From Myxococcales bacterium (GTDB lineage: Bacteria; Myxococcota_A; UBA9042; JABWCM01; BTVJ01), in assembly GCA_045863395.1 (NCBI GenBank), contig BTVJ01000048.1:1-53955 (forward strand): a stretch of DNA of 53,955 nucleotides, written 5' to 3'. Positions 50,015 to 53,955 of this stretch are shown here, in pieces. Every line of letters begins with the position of its first letter. Positions within the stretch are counted from its first letter, which is position 1. The position numbers and the translations under genes were made by a program. The notes below the pieces were generated by a model that saw only the letters and a program-made list of their open reading frames with translations, was not told the origin of the DNA and did no database searches.

Positions 50015-51019
50015 TCAGGGCCCCACCACGGTGACGGGCGTGCCCTCGACGAGGAAGCTCGCGGAGATGGACTCCTTGGTCCCGTCGCCGTCCATGTCCA
50101 GGTCCACCGTGTAGTTGTTTGCGACCAGGTCCTTGACCTGCTGGTGGGTGAGGCCGCCGAAGGTCTCCTTGGGGATGCTGTCGATGGCGGCGTTCAGGTC
50201 CGCCTGCTTGAGGGCGCCGGCCAGGACGAGCGAGAGCTTCCCATCCACGGTGCCGGAGACCTCCACGTCCGCCAGGGGGACCCGGAGCACCGAGCCGAGC
50301 AGCGCCAGGGGGATGATGAAGGTGCCGCCGTCGCCGGCCCCGAGGGACTTGCCGTCGAAGGTCGCCCCAGGGATGGCTCCCTTCGGTCCACAGTCTCCCC
50401 AGGTCAGGGGAAGGGCTCGAATCGTCCCGCCCGCGTCCTCGCAGTCGAGGGTCCACACCGCGCGGCCGGGGCCCTCCGGCGTCACGTGCACCACGAGGAC
50501 GGTCGTGCCGTCGTCGATGGACTGCTCCAGGAAGCCGTTGGCCAGGCCCCCCACCTTGCCGAAGGCGTTGTCGATGCCCGCCTCGCACTCCAGGGGCGGC
50601 GCGCAGGTGGCGGCGCTGCCGTCCACGTCGAGGCCGTTGCCCTTCTTGCCGTCCGGCGCGATCTGGAACTTCGTCACCCGCCACGACGTGCCGGCGAAGG
50701 TGGCGGGCATGTCGCAGCTCACGGGGCCGGTGTCACCGACCGGGGCGTCGATCGGCTGGCCGGTGTCTTTGCCCGCCGGGCCCGTATCCGCGGGGCCCGT
50801 GTCCGAGGGGCCCGCGTCTGCGCCGACATCGGCGCCCGCGTCCGGGTCGGGCAGGCTGCACACCCCCTTGGAGTCGCACAGCGGCGCCGTGCAGATCTTC
50901 GTGAACGGGTGGCACAGGAGCCCCCCCTCGCAGTCCGTGTCGAGGGCGCACTCGACGCCCTCCTCCGCACGGCACCCCGCCAGCGCGACGAGCGCCAGCG
51001 CCCATACCCACCTTCCCAT
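50015..51019 (-). CDS. Lipoprotein, hypothetical
   Basis: LAG-C lipobox; small Cys domain CALDTDC; GLDVDG, GIDN, DLDMDGDG EF-like loop. Confidence 0.75.
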   Translation of the reverse strand: MGRWVWALALVALAGCRAEEGVECALDTDCEGGLLCHPFTKICTAPLCDSKGVCSLPDPDAGADVGADAGPSDTGPADTGPAGKDTGQPIDAPVGDTGPVSCDMPATFAGTSWRVTKFQIAPDGKKGNGLDVDGSAATCAPPLECEAGIDNAFGKVGGLANGFLEQSIDDGTTVLVVHVTPEGPGRAVWTLDCEDAGGTIRALPLTWGDCGPKGAIPGATFDGKSLGAGDGGTFIIPLALLGSVLRVPLADVEVSGTVDGKLSLVLAGALKQADLNAAIDSIPKETFGGLTHQQVKDLVANNYTVDLDMDGDGTKESISASFLVEGTPVTVVGP

Positions 51020-51020
51020 C

Positions 51021-53627
51021 TCAGTCCTCGGCGAAGAAGACCAGGTCGTAGGCGTTGCTCACGGCTCCCTTGCCGCGCACCTCGACGTAGTAGTAACCCC
51101 CCTTGTCGACCAATGCCTCCACGAGCTCGTCGTCCGTCGTCGACGTGCTCCCCCCCATGAGCTTCCCATCCGCGTCGTAGAGGCGCAGGTCGAGGTCCCC
51201 CGCGCCGTGCTCGAACAGCAGCCAGAGCGTGGCCGTCTCGAAGCCCCCGATGAACACCCGGTACCAGTCCGTGTTGCTGCCACACACCTTGCCGCGGGTC
51301 AGCACGCCGGGCTCGATGGTCGGGCCCTGGGGCGGCGTGTCGTTGGGCTCGAAGCGGTCGTCCTTGCACGGCCCGTCCGGCTCGGTCACCGCCAGCGCGA
51401 AGGTGTAGGGTGCAGGCGCGGTGCCCTCGTTGCGCACCTCGATCAGGGTCTTCCCGGACTTCTGGATGACGGCCTGTCCCCAGGAGCCATCGGCGTCGCT
51501 GCCGCTCTCCCCAATCACCGTGTCGCCCGCATACAGGCGCACCTTCAGGGGCGCTGGGGCTTGTGCGAGGGCGAACAGGGTCTCGCCTCCGTTGAGCCCG
51601 TAGGCGAACCAGTCGCTGGTGCCGGGGCAGGCGGTCAGGCCGCTCCAGGCGCCGGCCGGAAGCGTCGCGGCCTTCTCCGGGGTCTGGTTGGGCGCCAGGA
51701 TGTCCTCGGAGCACACGTCCCCCGCCGCCGCCAGGGAGACGGCCAGCTCGTAGGCGTTGCTCTGGCCCTCGAAGCCGCGGACCTCCAGGAGCCATGTGCC
51801 GGTCTGGGGGACCTCGAAGGTGATCGTCTCGTCACTGGTCTGGGTGGTGGAGGACGCGACGGGCGAGGTGCCGTCCGGGGCGTACAGCACGGCGTCCAGG
51901 TCCCCGACGGCGTGATCGAACAGCACGGCGATGGTCAGCACCTGTCCGGTGGTGGCCTGGATGGCGTACCAGTCGTGGTTGTCGGGACAGATGGTCAGCC
52001 CGTCCGTGATGCCCGCCGTGATGGGGCGCGCCGCCAGCGGTCCGTCGTTGGGCTCCAGCGGGTCGTCGGTGCAGGTCTGGTCCGACAGGTCCACGGACAG
52101 GGTCCAGGCCATGGCGGTCCCGGCCGGGGACCGGGCCCTCAGGAGCAGCGTGGTCGTCGACTTGGCGGGGCCCCAGACGAGCGGCGTCCCTGGAGTTCCC
52201 GACACCTCACCCAGCTTGGCCCCGCTGCCATCGACGAGGGTCAGGTCCAGCGTCCCGTGGGTTGGCTCCCACCGCGCCGATGCGGACAGGGTCTGCCCGG
52301 CACCGACCGTGATCGAGAACCAGTCGTCGTCCCCGCCGCACGCCCGCAGCAGGGTCTGGCCGGGCACCAGCGGCGACGCCTGATCCGCGGTGTCGTTGGG
52401 CTCCAGGCCGTCTTCGGCGCAGGCTCCCTCGTTGCCGGGGGCGTAGGCCCAGAACGCGTGGACCCCGGCCTTCGGGTGGCGCGTCTCATGGTCGCACGCG
52501 GTCCCGGTGATGTCGTCGTTGTCGCGCGCCACGAGCGCATAGCGGAGGGTGGCGGTCTGCGTCCCTGACAGCGCCGGCGCCGGGATGGTCCCCCGCCACA
52601 GCCCGTCGACCATCTTCATGGGTACTGCCGTCATCTGGGCGTCGGTGGCCTCTTTGGGCGACCAGAGCAGCGTCATGGACGCGACCAGCGTGTCCTGGTC
52701 GGTGGCCTCGGCGCTCACCTCGTAGCCCGCGCCCCCGTGCATGTCTCCGAGGGGCACGTGCTGGACGCTCGGCGGGCTCCCCTGGCAGTGGCCGGCCTCG
52801 CCGTTGAGCAGGATGATGGAGATCGCCTGCTGCACCTCCGGGTGCACCCCGTCGTCGGCGCCCACGACTACGGACCAGTAGCTGCTCTGCGCGATCTGAA
52901 CCGGCGTCGGCTTCCAGTAGAAGGACGCCTGCTTGCCGTTGATCAGGTTGAACTCGGCGCCCTCGATGCCGCTGACCAGGCGCAGCACCATGTTGGCGGC
53001 GTCCGTGTCGTCGTCCTTCACCTCCACGAGGAAGGCGACGCGCGTCGAGTACGCCAGGTTGACCACGAAGCCGCTCGGGTTGAGGAACACCGGGGTCCCG
53101 CCCTCGGGATACGCGAAGATGCTGAAGGTCCGCTCGGCGCTCCCGCCGTTGCCGTCCTCCACGCGCACGGTGGCCGTGAAGGACGTCCCGCCCGGCTCCA
53201 CCTGGTTGATCAGGGGCGCCCACCGGAAGAACGCGCTGCTCCCCACCTCCAGGACGGCCGCCCCCTTGGGCCCCTCGGCCAGGCTGAAACGCAGGGTGTC
53301 GCCGTCCGGGTCGCGCCCCGTGAGCAGCACGTCCAGCTCCTCTCCCACGGCGACGGTCTGGTCCGCCACGGGGTCGAGGGTGGGGCTGTGGTTCGTCCCG
53401 CCGCAGGCGAGCAGCGTGACGAGCGCCAGGGCCAGGTACAGCGCCCCGAAGGTTCGGTCGCATTCGGCCGCCGCTGCATCCCCGCTGGCGGCCCGGCGAG
53501 ACCTTGGAAGGGCCCCACCCGGCCTGCGGGCGCGGCGAACCCCCCCCGGGGCGCCGCGGCGGCCGCGGTGACGGACCGAACCTCCGGGGCCCTGTACAAA
53601 GATGTGGTGGCCTGAGAGGCGCCTCAT
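51021..53627 (-). CDS. Lipoprotein with cadherin/Ig-like domains and multiple PPC repeats (start uncertain)
   Basis: LLA-C at 53405; NHSP..DPDGD; repeated EPND..A, DWY/F, GDLDL.LY, YYVEV PPC motifs. Confidence 0.8.
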   Translation of the reverse strand: MRRLSGHHIFVQGPGGSVRHRGRRGAPGGVRRARRPGGALPRSRRAASGDAAAAECDRTFGALYLALALVTLLACGGTNHSPTLDPVADQTVAVGEELDVLLTGRDPDGDTLRFSLAEGPKGAAVLEVGSSAFFRWAPLINQVEPGGTSFTATVRVEDGNGGSAERTFSIFAYPEGGTPVFLNPSGFVVNLAYSTRVAFLVEVKDDDTDAANMVLRLVSGIEGAEFNLINGKQASFYWKPTPVQIAQSSYWSVVVGADDGVHPEVQQAISIILLNGEAGHCQGSPPSVQHVPLGDMHGGAGYEVSAEATDQDTLVASMTLLWSPKEATDAQMTAVPMKMVDGLWRGTIPAPALSGTQTATLRYALVARDNDDITGTACDHETRHPKAGVHAFWAYAPGNEGACAEDGLEPNDTADQASPLVPGQTLLRACGGDDDWFSITVGAGQTLSASARWEPTHGTLDLTLVDGSGAKLGEVSGTPGTPLVWGPAKSTTTLLLRARSPAGTAMAWTLSVDLSDQTCTDDPLEPNDGPLAARPITAGITDGLTICPDNHDWYAIQATTGQVLTIAVLFDHAVGDLDAVLYAPDGTSPVASSTTQTSDETITFEVPQTGTWLLEVRGFEGQSNAYELAVSLAAAGDVCSEDILAPNQTPEKAATLPAGAWSGLTACPGTSDWFAYGLNGGETLFALAQAPAPLKVRLYAGDTVIGESGSDADGSWGQAVIQKSGKTLIEVRNEGTAPAPYTFALAVTEPDGPCKDDRFEPNDTPPQGPTIEPGVLTRGKVCGSNTDWYRVFIGGFETATLWLLFEHGAGDLDLRLYDADGKLMGGSTSTTDDELVEALVDKGGYYYVEVRGKGAVSNAYDLVFFAED

Positions 53628-53955
53628 CGGCACGCGTGTCCCCGCGGGGTGACGGCAGGCGAACACCCGCTTGCCAGCAAGGCCCGATACGCTAGCATGG
53701 TGCCCGCCGCGCATCAACGGATGCGAGCTCCGGTCCGGGGCGTCGGGGCGGTCGTCGGCCCTGGTCGCCGGCCCTGGTCGTCGGGTCGCCTGTCGGGCCG
53801 GTCGAGTCGCAGGGCCTGGCGTGCCCGCGGCCCCCAGCGCCATCATGGAGAGGGTCGCTTGAAATATGGGCGCGATCCTCATGCGCCGAGTCCGCGGCGG
53901 ATTGTTACCGGACCGCGTCCCTGATGGTATGACGGTCCGCCTGTGTGATGGTGCT

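Overview
GC-rich (~70%+) bacterial chromosome segment, very likely Myxococcota: three MYXO-CTERM-like sorting signals, many Cys-rich lipoproteins and FHA/PAS sigma54-type regulators. I see no rRNA, tRNA, CRISPR array, transposase or integrase. Core-type genes: an RlmI-like methyltransferase, rlmN, uvrC, a CCA/poly(A)-polymerase-family protein and a DUF4159 + vWA/GATase pair. The rest is mostly surface or secreted proteins (S8 protease, collagen/fibre protein, 925-aa and 1915-aa Cys-rich lipoproteins, PHP and PPC lipoproteins). The strongest candidate new system is the lower-GC block at 1-4900. There an 8-bp tandem repeat puts the GGAGG/ATG start out of frame with a 761-aa ORF (apparent phase-variation OFF state). 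That ORF carries an internal MYXO-CTERM immediately followed by a second signal peptide and an HExxH metallopeptidase, and two paralogous FGE/SUMF1-fold lipoprotein genes follow. Other notable items: a CCA-like protein with a degenerate nucleotidyltransferase site but intact HD domain; a GAFTGA-less FHA enhancer-binding protein beside a near-consensus sigma54 promoter and 22-bp direct repeats; an AbiEii/DUF6036-like NTase with a divergent partner 14 bp away; an in-frame TGA splitting a fibre gene; and a B12 radical SAM + His-motif membrane protein pair. All family calls come from motif recognition by eye, not database searches.
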